Part shown: piece after piece, positions 39,606-49,245 of the stretch
How positions within the stretch are numbered: position 1 is the stretch's first letter
Layout of the letters: each line of letters opens with the position of its first letter
Virus record (IMG/VR): IMGVR_UViG_3300029324_000094
Span: 1 to 64,000 of that record
DNA length: 64,000 bases
Direction: 5' to 3' (one strand)
Source: a virus
Translations under genes and position numbers: made by a program
The notes under the pieces: generated by a model
Told to the model about the DNA's origin: nothing
Databases searched by the model: none
What the model saw: only the letters and a program-made list of their open reading frames with translations

Positions 39606-40358
39606 CTAAATAATTTCTGCTTTGTGTAGAAAAGAATTGGAATTTTTTATATAGCATTCCTTTCTGGCTTTGAAAGAAATTTTACCTACTTTCTGATAAG
39701 ATGTGCAACTTATATTTACAGTCAATTTCGTTTTTACGTTTTCACATATAGCATCTATATCAAAGCCTATACATAATTGTTCTGCTGTTTTTAATATATT
39801 CTCAGCTTTCTCATCTTGCAAATCAAAATTTATTATTAAGTGTTCTTTATCTTCATATTGAAAATTAACATTTTTTTCTTTTTCGTATTCTTTATAAAAT
39901 TGTTTTTCTTTTTCTCTCGGATGCTCAATATCATATATGGACAAATGTTTTATTTTCAATTTTGAAATCATAACATTTGATAACAATTTTAATTCCATTT
40001 CAATAAAAATGTCATCAACTTCTCGTGTACCAGGATTTAGAAAATCAATCTTTACTTTTTGTTCATTATTTACAACAAACATGGCTTTATTGTTTGAAAT
40101 TTGTGTTCTATCATTTTGTCGTTTATTTGACAGATACACTGTCATACTCAACATGAATGTCACACAAAATGTTAATACAGTTCCTATATACGCCAACATA
40201 TTTCCTGCTGGAATAGTTACTTGAGACCACCATGACTCTGTAGGAATTATATAAACAAAATGAATAATCGCAGTAGGCACTACTATCAATCCCAAAAACA
40301 CGCATATAAAAAATATTATCGGATGTTCGTCAAAAAATCGTATTATCTTTTCTAGCAT
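39606..40358 (-). CDS. Membrane-anchored protein (two N-terminal TM plus soluble domain), AT-rich moron
   Basis: 250 aa; local AT content is higher than in neighbouring genes. Confidence 0.45.
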   Translation of the reverse strand: MLEKIIRFFDEHPIIFFICVFLGLIVVPTAIIHFVYIIPTESWWSQVTIPAGNMLAYIGTVLTFCVTFMLSMTVYLSNKRQNDRTQISNNKAMFVVNNEQKVKIDFLNPGTREVDDIFIEMELKLLSNVMISKLKIKHLSIYDIEHPREKEKQFYKEYEKEKNVNFQYEDKEHLIINFDLQDEKAENILKTAEQLCIGFDIDAICENVKTKLTVNISCTSYQKVGKISFKARKECYIKNSNSFLHKAEII

Positions 40359-40443
40359 ATTTCCTATCTCCTATAATAAATGATACGAAAATTATACCAT
40401 TCCAACCATCAATATTCAATTGTCAAGGTGCTGTTATTTGTTT

Positions 40444-41133
40444 TTAATCAATCCCATCATAAAGATTTTCAGATAATTCAACTTCCCTTTCGTCCAGTTC
40501 TCTTATTGCTTCAATAATCTTCATCTTCGTTTCTCTGCAAGGGAAATATCCGTATTTTGCATATCTCAGCATTCTCTCAAACGTACTCATTGGATACGGA
40601 ATATTTCCATCTGTCACTAACCTCTTCATATGCAAGTGCTGAAAGAAATTTTCTGTATACATTACACGGTATTCGATATGTGTTTTGATGTCTTCATTGA
40701 ATGGATCCGGCTCTTCTTCACGCTCTGCGCCTGTTTCATCCTCTATGATTGCTTTGTAGTACGCAAATTTCGTAATGCTAAAATCAAACTGGCTTAATAT
40801 TTCTTCTGGTTTTCCAAAAATCTTTGAACACAATTCAATCCTTACGCCTGTTCTTATATGCTTATACGCCTTTACATTGTCGTTCTCGTAATAGAACGTA
40901 TACTCTTCACTCCGTTTATCATCGCCCTCATATCCGGGAGTCATTGAGTCAAAATACTGAACTGCATCTTCGTAATCAGATTCGCTCTCGAAAAACATAT
41001 CAATGTCTTTTACATTCTCTTTATTGAAAATGTTTTTGAAACAGCCACCACAAATGAATCCGTTATGTCCTATCATAAATTCATCTAACCAGTTCAATAT
41101 CCAAAAATTTCCTCTATCTTCTCGTGTAAACAT
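40444..41133 (-). CDS. Minimal nucleotidyltransferase-fold (Pol-beta superfamily) protein
   Basis: GFICGGCFKNIFNKENVKDIDMFF fits the hG[GS]x9-13Dh[DE]h motif. A later FDFSI acidic patch is a candidate third catalytic residue. Confidence 0.4.
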   Translation of the reverse strand: MFTREDRGNFWILNWLDEFMIGHNGFICGGCFKNIFNKENVKDIDMFFESESDYEDAVQYFDSMTPGYEGDDKRSEEYTFYYENDNVKAYKHIRTGVRIELCSKIFGKPEEILSQFDFSITKFAYYKAIIEDETGAEREEEPDPFNEDIKTHIEYRVMYTENFFQHLHMKRLVTDGNIPYPMSTFERMLRYAKYGYFPCRETKMKIIEAIRELDEREVELSENLYDGID

Positions 41134-41168
41134 TGCTTTTCTCCTTTCAATTACTGATATTTCGCTTA

Positions 41169-41564
41169 TTATTCTTTGTACTTCTGCAAAATCTCTGTAA
41201 TTGCTTTCATGTGATCTGCTGCTTCCATCAAATCTTCATCACCAATCGAATCAAGACCGTATTTCCTATTAAAATCCTCAAACGCATATCTTCCATCTCT
41301 AAATTGTTCAAACATGATAGCTAATTCATTTTCTTTTTCCGAATTTTCATCACACTCATAAAAAATTTCATTTTTGTCATGTTCTCCAAACTTATCAGTA
41401 AAGAATTTTGTCCGCTTTGGAGTGATTCTTGTGATTTTTGCCGGAGTAATTAACTGATGCCGGAATGATGAACGCCATCCACAACTCACGTCTCTCGCAA
41501 CACCAACAATATCCCCGACTTTCAATGTGTCTTTGTCTATCTCTTTTAATTTAATGTTCATCAA
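41169..41564 (-). CDS. Hypothetical protein
   Basis: ORF only. Confidence 0.35.
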   Translation of the reverse strand: MMNIKLKEIDKDTLKVGDIVGVARDVSCGWRSSFRHQLITPAKITRITPKRTKFFTDKFGEHDKNEIFYECDENSEKENELAIMFEQFRDGRYAFEDFNRKYGLDSIGDEDLMEAADHMKAITEILQKYKE

Positions 41565-44061
41565 TTCTCATCCTTTCCGCAATCGCTTCGATCACATTTA
41601 CAGTAACTCCATTTCCGGCTTGCTTGTACAACTGACTGTCAGAATTTACAAACGCAGCTTTTTCAAAATAATCATCCGTCCACCCTTGCAGTCTGAAACA
41701 TTCTTTCGGAGTCAATCGCCGGATTGCTATGTAGCATTGATATTTTTCATACCAGACAGCATATACGGTCAGTTCTTCCGACACTTGTACGAAAATCCCT
41801 TGATTGCAACTGGTATCAAGCGTATTTGCTATGTCATGCCCTACTCTACCTCTTCTCGTTTTACTTCCTGGTACAGCCAAATTTACGCTATCAACACCAA
41901 CTCTGCATTCCGAATATCCTTGTTTTGTCGCTTCTGTTACTTTTACTGCAAGCTGATTATCTTTATTGACGGTGGACAATGTATTCACTACTCCATCATC
42001 TCTGACTTCGCTTTCGAGGAATTCATGTCTGGAGATTTTGATGTTTCCAGCTTCATAATCTTTGCGGATTTCTTTTCCGTAATCACTACGAACATTCCGT
42101 AGTACTCCGATCGGCTCTATTCCTACTCCATGTCTATCCTGTCCCGTAAGCGTAAACATTGGTTCTCCGTCTTCCTTGAATCTCCGTCCGTTCTGACGTT
42201 TTTCTGCCCTATCTGGTGTTAATACCGGAATAGCAATTCCGCTATCTTGCCCTGCGTGGTTCGATGCTCCTTTGTGATATCTTGCCTTCAGGCATCGTGC
42301 CTGCTCCGTCATCTTCGAGCCTTCATGACACAAGTCAATGAAGCATGGCAAGGCACCATGTTGCCTTCCGCCGCCTTGACAAGTGCTTAATGCTTCTGTG
42401 ATTCCATCTTGTGCAAATACCTGCGTATTTCTTCTGTAACCGTCCCTGTGACCTATTATTTGAATACTATTTTCTCCGTCTGCTCTTTCGACAGGAAATA
42501 CTTTTGCGGTACTTCTCCCTCTAAGATGTCCGATAATGAAACACCTTTCTCTGTTTTGTGGGACTCCGAAATCTTTGGAGTTGAGTACTTGCCATTCTGC
42601 ATCATACCCTGCTTGTTCCATTTCAATGAGCAGTCTGGCGAAATCCCATCCTCCATTAACACTAAGCAGATTCTTAACGTTCTCAATGAAAAGGTAAGTG
42701 GGTTTATCTTCTTCTTTGAGCTGTCCGATAAGGTACATAACTCTGAAAAACAAGCTTGAACGGTTTCCTTGAAATCCAAGTTGCTTTCCGGCAACTGAGA
42801 TATCTTGGCAATTGTGGACAATTGCTCCGTTTGCAACATATGAGTTGTCTTCTTCAACACTGATGTTATACACTGTTCCAAAATCATCAGATTCTGTTGG
42901 CTGATACAATTCTCTGCAAACATATCTTGCACGATAATGTCCTTTAACTGATTTACTAGAGATTCGGAATGTATATGTATCTCTTTGTCGGCATTCCCTT
43001 CCTTGGATAACACATTTTTCATCTCTTCTAGTGTAGTAAACAGCTGGAACAGATTTTCCAAGTCGCTGTGCAATGATGCACATGCCAAGAACGAGTGCTG
43101 CGCTGGTTGATGTTGCTTCTTCTCGATCACTTCTTCCATCACCGGACATATATCCATCGAAGAAGTATTTTGCTTTCTCTCGTGGCAAACACAATGCTTC
43201 TCTTGGAACTCGTTTTCCATGTGCGTATTTTCCGAACTTTTCAAGGTATTCGTATAATTGGTTATTGCACACATGATACTTTCCACAAGTTCGTTCTTTT
43301 GTGTAAGTTCCATGTAGTTTCGCTTCTCGCAATCGCTGTTCGAATTCTGCCCTCTTATCATCGCTGATTGCGAACACGATTCTTCCTCCACTTGGTCTGT
43401 CTTTTCTTTCAACTCTCCACCCATCAGCAAGATAACGTCCGATAATCCACCACATTTCCTTGCTGTATCCATCGGATTCTGCATCAGGCAAAACCATTGT
43501 GGAATACCAACTGTCATCAAGTTGTTCCACTTTTTTGAATTCCATTGGCTGATCTGGTTTAGTGACATAATACGGATGCTCTGCCGTGGTTCTTGTTGGC
43601 AATATTCCGAATCCATTGACATCCCAGAGTCTTGCTCCGTCCCTGTGCATTGTTGCTGTGACTTTTCTCCATCTTCCTTTGTGCGTAAGGACTTTATCTC
43701 CGACAGATACATCTTCAATTGGGATATATCCTTTTTCTGTAAGAATATAAGTTCCTTTGGCAAAACATGGGAATCCGAAACACCAACAGTCTGCTTTCGG
43801 AATGTCTCCGGTATACACTCGTCTAATGTCATTTGCGTACCATTCTCCGTTTCTGTATTCATCTTTTAAAATCTCCTTTTGTCGCTTTTTCAGTGGTAAT
43901 TCTTCCAGTACTTTTCTCTGCTCATCTGTCAGAAGATGCATGGATATGTAGCTTGCAGTCGCAAATTTATCAAATTCACAAAAACCAACACACTCATGTC
44001 CAGCAAGTTCCATTCCCTTTCGGAAACCACCTATTCCGGCGAAAAAATCTATAAATTTCAC
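41551..44061 (-). CDS. dcm: DNA cytosine-5 methyltransferase (Dcm) interrupted by an intein
   Basis: Motif I FAGIGGF. Motif IV GFPC|Q is split by a 319-aa intein. Also ENV, QNRER, and motifs IX/X (QAGNGVTVNV). Confidence 0.85.
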   Translation of the reverse strand: MKFIDFFAGIGGFRKGMELAGHECVGFCEFDKFATASYISMHLLTDEQRKVLEELPLKKRQKEILKDEYRNGEWYANDIRRVYTGDIPKADCWCFGFPCFAKGTYILTEKGYIPIEDVSVGDKVLTHKGRWRKVTATMHRDGARLWDVNGFGILPTRTTAEHPYYVTKPDQPMEFKKVEQLDDSWYSTMVLPDAESDGYSKEMWWIIGRYLADGWRVERKDRPSGGRIVFAISDDKRAEFEQRLREAKLHGTYTKERTCGKYHVCNNQLYEYLEKFGKYAHGKRVPREALCLPREKAKYFFDGYMSGDGRSDREEATSTSAALVLGMCIIAQRLGKSVPAVYYTRRDEKCVIQGRECRQRDTYTFRISSKSVKGHYRARYVCRELYQPTESDDFGTVYNISVEEDNSYVANGAIVHNCQDISVAGKQLGFQGNRSSLFFRVMYLIGQLKEEDKPTYLFIENVKNLLSVNGGWDFARLLIEMEQAGYDAEWQVLNSKDFGVPQNRERCFIIGHLRGRSTAKVFPVERADGENSIQIIGHRDGYRRNTQVFAQDGITEALSTCQGGGRQHGALPCFIDLCHEGSKMTEQARCLKARYHKGASNHAGQDSGIAIPVLTPDRAEKRQNGRRFKEDGEPMFTLTGQDRHGVGIEPIGVLRNVRSDYGKEIRKDYEAGNIKISRHEFLESEVRDDGVVNTLSTVNKDNQLAVKVTEATKQGYSECRVGVDSVNLAVPGSKTRRGRVGHDIANTLDTSCNQGIFVQVSEELTVYAVWYEKYQCYIAIRRLTPKECFRLQGWTDDYFEKAAFVNSDSQLYKQAGNGVTVNVIEAIAERMRIDEH
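42811..43767 (-). other. Intein with LAGLIDADG homing endonuclease inside dcm
   Basis: Starts CFAKGTYILTEKG and ends NGAIVHN followed by +1 Cys. Carries IIGRYLADGW and FFDGYMSGDG. Confidence 0.8.
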
Positions 44062-44909
44062 TGTGTACCTCCGATAAAATCAGTAATGCTCATCTGCGGA
44101 TCTACTTCAACATTCAACATCTCATTTTTCGCTTTACTGTAAAAATTTCGATCAATTTCAAATCCGTAAGCACTTCTACCTAAATTCCTTGCAGCTCGCA
44201 ATGTGCTACCGGAACCGCAGCAAGGATCAATAACCACATCCCCCGGATCCGTAAATATCTGGATCAGTTGCTCCAACACCTTAACCGGCTTCTGTGCTGG
44301 ATGGATTTTAGGTATCTCTTTCCCGTCCTTTTCCCACTTAAACCAGTTAAACACCATATGTCCGGTACCTCGAATCGTCTTACCGTTTTCGTCAAATTTT
44401 GCACCGTTTCTAAATTTCGGCAACTTATCCCGGTATAATACCAGTGCATATTCCGTAGCACCCACAACACGCATGTTTGCTTTCAATACCTGTGGGCTAT
44501 AATTTTTCACGAATACAAGCGGTATGTAATTATTAAAACCATGTTTCTTAGCTGCATTGATCAATGTACTCATCTGCTCAAAACTGCAAAATACAATCAT
44601 GCACGGTGCATCAGAACTTCTTCCACGTCTACCGGCTTTCTTTGGCTCTTTCTTCAACATCTTCGAGCAGAAGTGGAAGTATTCATATAAATTGAAATTA
44701 AAGTCAGAATTGAATGCTGCTTTCTTTGCAAGTTTGCTTTCACCGTTTTTGTTATCCCCACCTACATACCACATTGGATTGCTTCCATAGAAGTTGCTTC
44801 CAACATTGTATGGCACATCTGCTATAATCAGTTGCGCTTTCGGTATTCCATAACGGCGAAAATTTTGCATCGAGTCTCTATAGATTTCACATTTCATACT
44901 CTTTCCCAT
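44058..44909 (-). CDS. N6-adenine or N4-cytosine DNA methyltransferase (beta class)
   Basis: Motif IV DVPY (IIADVPYN) precedes motif I (DPCCGSGST). Confidence 0.7.
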   Translation of the reverse strand: MGKSMKCEIYRDSMQNFRRYGIPKAQLIIADVPYNVGSNFYGSNPMWYVGGDNKNGESKLAKKAAFNSDFNFNLYEYFHFCSKMLKKEPKKAGRRGRSSDAPCMIVFCSFEQMSTLINAAKKHGFNNYIPLVFVKNYSPQVLKANMRVVGATEYALVLYRDKLPKFRNGAKFDENGKTIRGTGHMVFNWFKWEKDGKEIPKIHPAQKPVKVLEQLIQIFTDPGDVVIDPCCGSGSTLRAARNLGRSAYGFEIDRNFYSKAKNEMLNVEVDPQMSITDFIGGTQ

Positions 44910-45466
44910 CTCATGCCTCCTGCCGTTTTCGCAATCCCAGTAATTACATGGTTAATACTACCAACGTTAATTCCGGTTAAATCACTTGCTTCTTTGCATG
45001 AACTATAAACAACTCCGGTATCGACGCATTTTATTGGCTTGCAATTCCGTGCCTGCTTAAGAACGTTGTAGGAATGCTTTATATTTTCCCCATGCGAAGT
45101 CCATTCCAAATTTTCTACATAATTATTTCTTTTATTTCCATCCTTATGATTTACGTCCCTAAACTTTTCAGGATTGTCTAAAAACGCTGATGCAACCAAT
45201 CTGTGAACTGTACATATCTTTCTTTTTGCGTTTACGCTTATACTAACAATTGGATAGCCTCCGTTTTGTATTCTTTGTGCAAGCACACGTCCTTTCATAA
45301 AACTGGTTACGTTTACACCTCCATTCCCAATCTTTGATATCTTTCTGTCCAAAGACCGGATATTTCCAAGATTCGATGCCTGATAAAATCCTTTGTACTC
45401 AGGTATATCTTTCCATATTTCACACTTTATCTTCTTCCTTCTCTGTTCCATATTTACTCGGAGCAA
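44894..45466 (-). CDS. HNH homing endonuclease with NUMOD4 motif
   Basis: WKDIPEYKGFYQASNLGNIRS (NUMOD4) and an HNH_3 core (NHKDGNKRNNYVENLEW). Confidence 0.65.
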   Translation of the reverse strand: MLRVNMEQRRKKIKCEIWKDIPEYKGFYQASNLGNIRSLDRKISKIGNGGVNVTSFMKGRVLAQRIQNGGYPIVSISVNAKRKICTVHRLVASAFLDNPEKFRDVNHKDGNKRNNYVENLEWTSHGENIKHSYNVLKQARNCKPIKCVDTGVVYSSCKEASDLTGINVGSINHVITGIAKTAGGMRWERV

Positions 45467-45537
45467 AGGATCCTTTCATGCTGGCCAGCAAATCTCCTGC
45501 TCCTTTCTGTAATTTATCTCTTAATCAAGTTCCGCCA

Positions 45538-46143
45538 TTAGTCATCATCTTCCTCACAAGATTCAAAGAGTGGAGAAGAAAAGATACAAAATGGGCGAAC
45601 ACCGCCGCTGCCGTTGCTGTAATTACTGCTGAAATAGCCGGACGGAGAAACAATACGAACCCATGAAGTATCGTTATTGCATTTTGTACTGTCAGGAGTT
45701 AAAGTCCACCACCAATATTTTTCATTTGGAATTAATTCACGATATTTTCTGTACTCATCAAGACTAATAATCGATACCTTATCTTCACATGATCCATATT
45801 CCTTCTGTCCGTCTAATGAGGTTAACACCCTCTCGAATGCAACTACATGATCTTCTCCAATTTCATCAACCAGCTTTTCATAGAATTCTTTATTGAGATA
45901 TTTTCTAATACTGCTTTCCTTCCAATCATTGTTTGTCCCAAAATTAAAAGAATCTTTTATTCTTTCGGCTAAACAAACAATACCTTTATCTGTCCTATCC
46001 AGCATTTTCCATGTAAGTCCAGCTAATTCGAACGTGTCTCCAATTTCAAGACTACGAAATTTTTCACCCTTTAACTCTGATTTTATTTCACGTAATTCAT
46101 CTTCTAATTTTCGTACTTTTTCTTCTAAAATTTTATTTGTCAT
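45538..46143 (-). CDS. Coiled-coil protein with C-terminal WWTLTP...GVRP domain
   Basis: The same C-terminal domain signature as ORF 2651..3778. Confidence 0.4.
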   Translation of the reverse strand: MTNKILEEKVRKLEDELREIKSELKGEKFRSLEIGDTFELAGLTWKMLDRTDKGIVCLAERIKDSFNFGTNNDWKESSIRKYLNKEFYEKLVDEIGEDHVVAFERVLTSLDGQKEYGSCEDKVSIISLDEYRKYRELIPNEKYWWWTLTPDSTKCNNDTSWVRIVSPSGYFSSNYSNGSGGVRPFCIFSSPLFESCEEDDD

Positions 46144-46147
46144 ATCT

Positions 46148-46390
46148 TCAATCTCCTTTATTCATCCACTCAAACGCTTCTGCAGCATTGCGAAATGTTC
46201 TTGCTGCACACCAATTGCATATCAGTTTGTGTCCACAGTTACTCATACTGTTGTTAATACAAGCTGGTTCTCCGCAGATCACACAGCGAAAACGGTTCTC
46301 GCTAGAACGTTTCAAGCCTGTCTTATTAAACACTTCAAGATTCTCTCTGTCGATGCTTACATAGTCCTCATGTACTTTAACGTCCATCAC
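46148..46390 (-). CDS. Small zinc-ribbon protein
   Basis: CVICG..CGHKLICNWC. Confidence 0.35.
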   Translation of the reverse strand: MMDVKVHEDYVSIDRENLEVFNKTGLKRSSENRFRCVICGEPACINNSMSNCGHKLICNWCAARTFRNAAEAFEWMNKGD

Positions 46391-46605
46391 TTCACCTCAT
46401 TCGCAAGCTGGAATCCCATTCTCGCTGCATTTCTAAGGTTGTCCTTAATCAGCGACTTATTTGGCTGTCTGTTGGAACACAACCATTGCATGTCTCGGTC
46501 ATCCTCCCAGTCTTTGGCATTCCATTCGTCCAAATACTCACACTCAGCTTTCGCCACCTGTAAGCATTGAATCATGTAATCTATCTTTTCTCCTGTGTTC
46601 ATCAT
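46387..46605 (-). CDS. Hypothetical small protein
   Basis: ORF only. Confidence 0.3.
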   Translation of the reverse strand: MMNTGEKIDYMIQCLQVAKAECEYLDEWNAKDWEDDRDMQWLCSNRQPNKSLIKDNLRNAARMGFQLANEVK

Positions 46606-47162
46606 TGCTTCACCTCGTATCTAAATTCCATAAGCGAGAAGAATTTCCCATCGTGATTTTCACAGTAGTTTTTCAGCACATCCATGCAAGAATCACTATT
46701 TCCAATTTCTTCTTCATGCACGATTTTTCTTTCTTCATCCACTACAAGGCAATAAATTTTCTGTGTAACCTCAACCACTTTCTTCTCATGGTCTTTCTTA
46801 AACTGTTTGAGGATTTCAATCACTTTGTCAGGATGTTCTCTTCTGTAAGCCGAACAAAACGAATATCTAGATTCTTTAACGAGTTTTCCTAACTCGCAAT
46901 TTTTGCACTCTCTTGCGCACATATCTGCCAATACCTTGATTGCTTCTTCTGCTGTCAGTTCTTCCTCTACTGGTTCAAACATTTCGTCTGTCCAACTATA
47001 CACGTCCTTGTAAATTTCATAGAAATCACTATGAACAGTACGAATCGTTGCGATTTTTCCACTTTTTTCAACCATTTTACTCACAGCCGGATAACAACCA
47101 TATCTTTTTCCAACCACTAAATCTTTTCTGACTCTTACCTTATCTCCTGCTTTGTATTTCAT
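46602..47162 (-). CDS. Hypothetical protein
   Basis: 186 aa ORF. Confidence 0.35.
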   Translation of the reverse strand: MKYKAGDKVRVRKDLVVGKRYGCYPAVSKMVEKSGKIATIRTVHSDFYEIYKDVYSWTDEMFEPVEEELTAEEAIKVLADMCARECKNCELGKLVKESRYSFCSAYRREHPDKVIEILKQFKKDHEKKVVEVTQKIYCLVVDEERKIVHEEEIGNSDSCMDVLKNYCENHDGKFFSLMEFRYEVKQ

Positions 47163-47389
47163 TACTTACCTCGTTTCTCTTTGCAAAGTCTCTCTATTTC
47201 ATCAAGGATTGCTAGACATATGCTCTTCGCAAAACTTGTTTTTCCATTACTTTCGTAGATTTTATGAATCACCTCTGACATTTCGCATTCAATATCATCA
47301 GAAAAATCTCCATGTTTCAGAAATTCATTGAATGCAAGCCAATTCTGCGTAATCACTTTGTAATACTTTTTTCTTTCTTCTTCCGTCAT
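47162..47389 (-). CDS. Hypothetical small protein
   Basis: ORF only. Confidence 0.3.
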   Translation of the reverse strand: MTEEERKKYYKVITQNWLAFNEFLKHGDFSDDIECEMSEVIHKIYESNGKTSFAKSICLAILDEIERLCKEKRGK

Positions 47390-47397
47390 ATTCTCAC

Positions 47398-49245
47398 CTA
47401 CTCAAACGGAATCTTTAGTTGATCCGCCTCGCTGAATCCGTCTTGTTTCGCCCATCCATACTCTACGGTTAAATCATCATTTTCACCGTAAATTCTCTTG
47501 GATCGCTCATCATACATGACGAGAAATCCTTTTGTATTGATTTTCCCAAACAATCTATTTTTCGGGACTGTGACTCTTCGATACGCATTGCTCAATTCGT
47601 TATCCTTGCTGTATCCAATCACCAGTGAAGCAAGATTTGATATGTCTCCTGCACCGCTGATTTCGTCTGTCTCATTCGTGGAAAAATTGTTCTTCCTCTT
47701 ATGAGCTACAAGCAAAATCAATACATCGAATTGCAATGCCATCCTCGCAAGTTTTTTCACAAAAAGACTTTGCTTTTCGTACTTATCAGTTCCTTTTTCT
47801 GCATCTAAATCAATCGCAGTCATTAAATTATCAATCAGAACAACATCTATTCCGTATTGTAGAACCGTTTGCTGTACGGTTTTGCACAGATCCTCTTTCT
47901 CATCTCCATCGACAATCGAACTGTCATAAATAAACGCTTTTCCTCGATACCAGGCATTAATCAACTCTTGATTCTGATTGGAAATCTTTCTTGAAACATC
48001 TCCAAATCTGTTTGTTGTTTCGATGATGTGCTGCGGACCGGCTATCTGAAAATCAAGCCACGCTTTAAACAAATAGTTTGGAAGCTCACCGGAATAAGCA
48101 AACACCTTATGTCCGGTCTCAATCGCCCTGCCTACAATCTGACTTGCAAGTGTTGACTTTCCCTCACCCGGCTTTCCAGTAATAAGAACTACACCGCCAA
48201 AAGGAATGCCACCGTATAACAGGCGATTGCACTCGTTGACCGTAGAGTCCAGCTTTTTCAAACTGTATATATCAACGTCCTGCACGTCAGACAGCTCTTT
48301 AACACGCCTCACAGGCTCAAATTCGGCATTTTCTACCGCTAGCCGAACATCTTCATGTCCATGCTTCATTAACAGCTCATTTGCGTCTTTACAGCCCTTA
48401 TAGTCCTCTTCCCGGACGTGTTTAATCTTGTTTGGAAATCTTCCCTTCAATTCCGGTAGCAATGTCATATGCCCTTTTTCAAAATCTCCAAACACTACAA
48501 TCTCTTGGAATTTGTTCACCCAGTCAAAACAATATGGAATCCAGGTAAATCCCTTTGCTCCGTTCGGAACGCTCACGGCATTCTTTATACCGGCTGTCGC
48601 TACGGAAAGGCTATCTAACTGCCCCTCCGTAATCACAAGCCTTGTGAAGTCCTTGCATTGCTTCATCCCAAACAATATCGGCTTACAATCGCGTTCACAC
48701 CATTCCTTGTTCTTATCTACTTCCTTGTTGAAGTCGGTTTTGCGGTATTTGACGAATTGCATCTTCCCATCTCCGTCATAGAACGGAAATACGAGTATGT
48801 TGTCATGATCCTTTTGAGTGGTAATTTCATACTCATGAGCAACCTCAGCAGATATTTTTCTGCTTTCCAAGTAAGCAACTGCCGGCTCTTTTGGAACAAT
48901 CGGCTTGTCCGGTGTCTTCAATTTCCTGTATTGCTTTTTCGGCTGGTAATATTCCATTACCTGCTGCCCCAAACTGAAATCAAAATCTCTTGCAAGACTG
49001 ATCATATTTCCGGTAACACCGCAGCTCTCTCTCAAACATTTAAACTGACCGGTTGACAGATTAATGGAAAAAGTGTTCTTGTCCTTTTTATCTCCACCGT
49101 GACAATACGGACAGAACCTTGTGAATTTCAATTCATCACCGTGTTGTCTTGCAGGCTCTCCAACATATCGGGCGAAATCAAAAGCATCTTCCGGCTTAAA
49201 TTTGTAATACATCAAACACCACTCTCCTGAATTTTTTTCAACCAA
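47398..49245 (-). CDS. Primase-helicase fusion (zinc-binding CHC2 primase, TOPRIM, DnaB-like helicase)
   Basis: CPYCHGGDKKDKNTFS...CLRESCG zinc finger, and helicase Walker A GKPGEGKST. Confidence 0.8.
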   Translation of the reverse strand: MVEKNSGEWCLMYYKFKPEDAFDFARYVGEPARQHGDELKFTRFCPYCHGGDKKDKNTFSINLSTGQFKCLRESCGVTGNMISLARDFDFSLGQQVMEYYQPKKQYRKLKTPDKPIVPKEPAVAYLESRKISAEVAHEYEITTQKDHDNILVFPFYDGDGKMQFVKYRKTDFNKEVDKNKEWCERDCKPILFGMKQCKDFTRLVITEGQLDSLSVATAGIKNAVSVPNGAKGFTWIPYCFDWVNKFQEIVVFGDFEKGHMTLLPELKGRFPNKIKHVREEDYKGCKDANELLMKHGHEDVRLAVENAEFEPVRRVKELSDVQDVDIYSLKKLDSTVNECNRLLYGGIPFGGVVLITGKPGEGKSTLASQIVGRAIETGHKVFAYSGELPNYLFKAWLDFQIAGPQHIIETTNRFGDVSRKISNQNQELINAWYRGKAFIYDSSIVDGDEKEDLCKTVQQTVLQYGIDVVLIDNLMTAIDLDAEKGTDKYEKQSLFVKKLARMALQFDVLILLVAHKRKNNFSTNETDEISGAGDISNLASLVIGYSKDNELSNAYRRVTVPKNRLFGKINTKGFLVMYDERSKRIYGENDDLTVEYGWAKQDGFSEADQLKIPFE

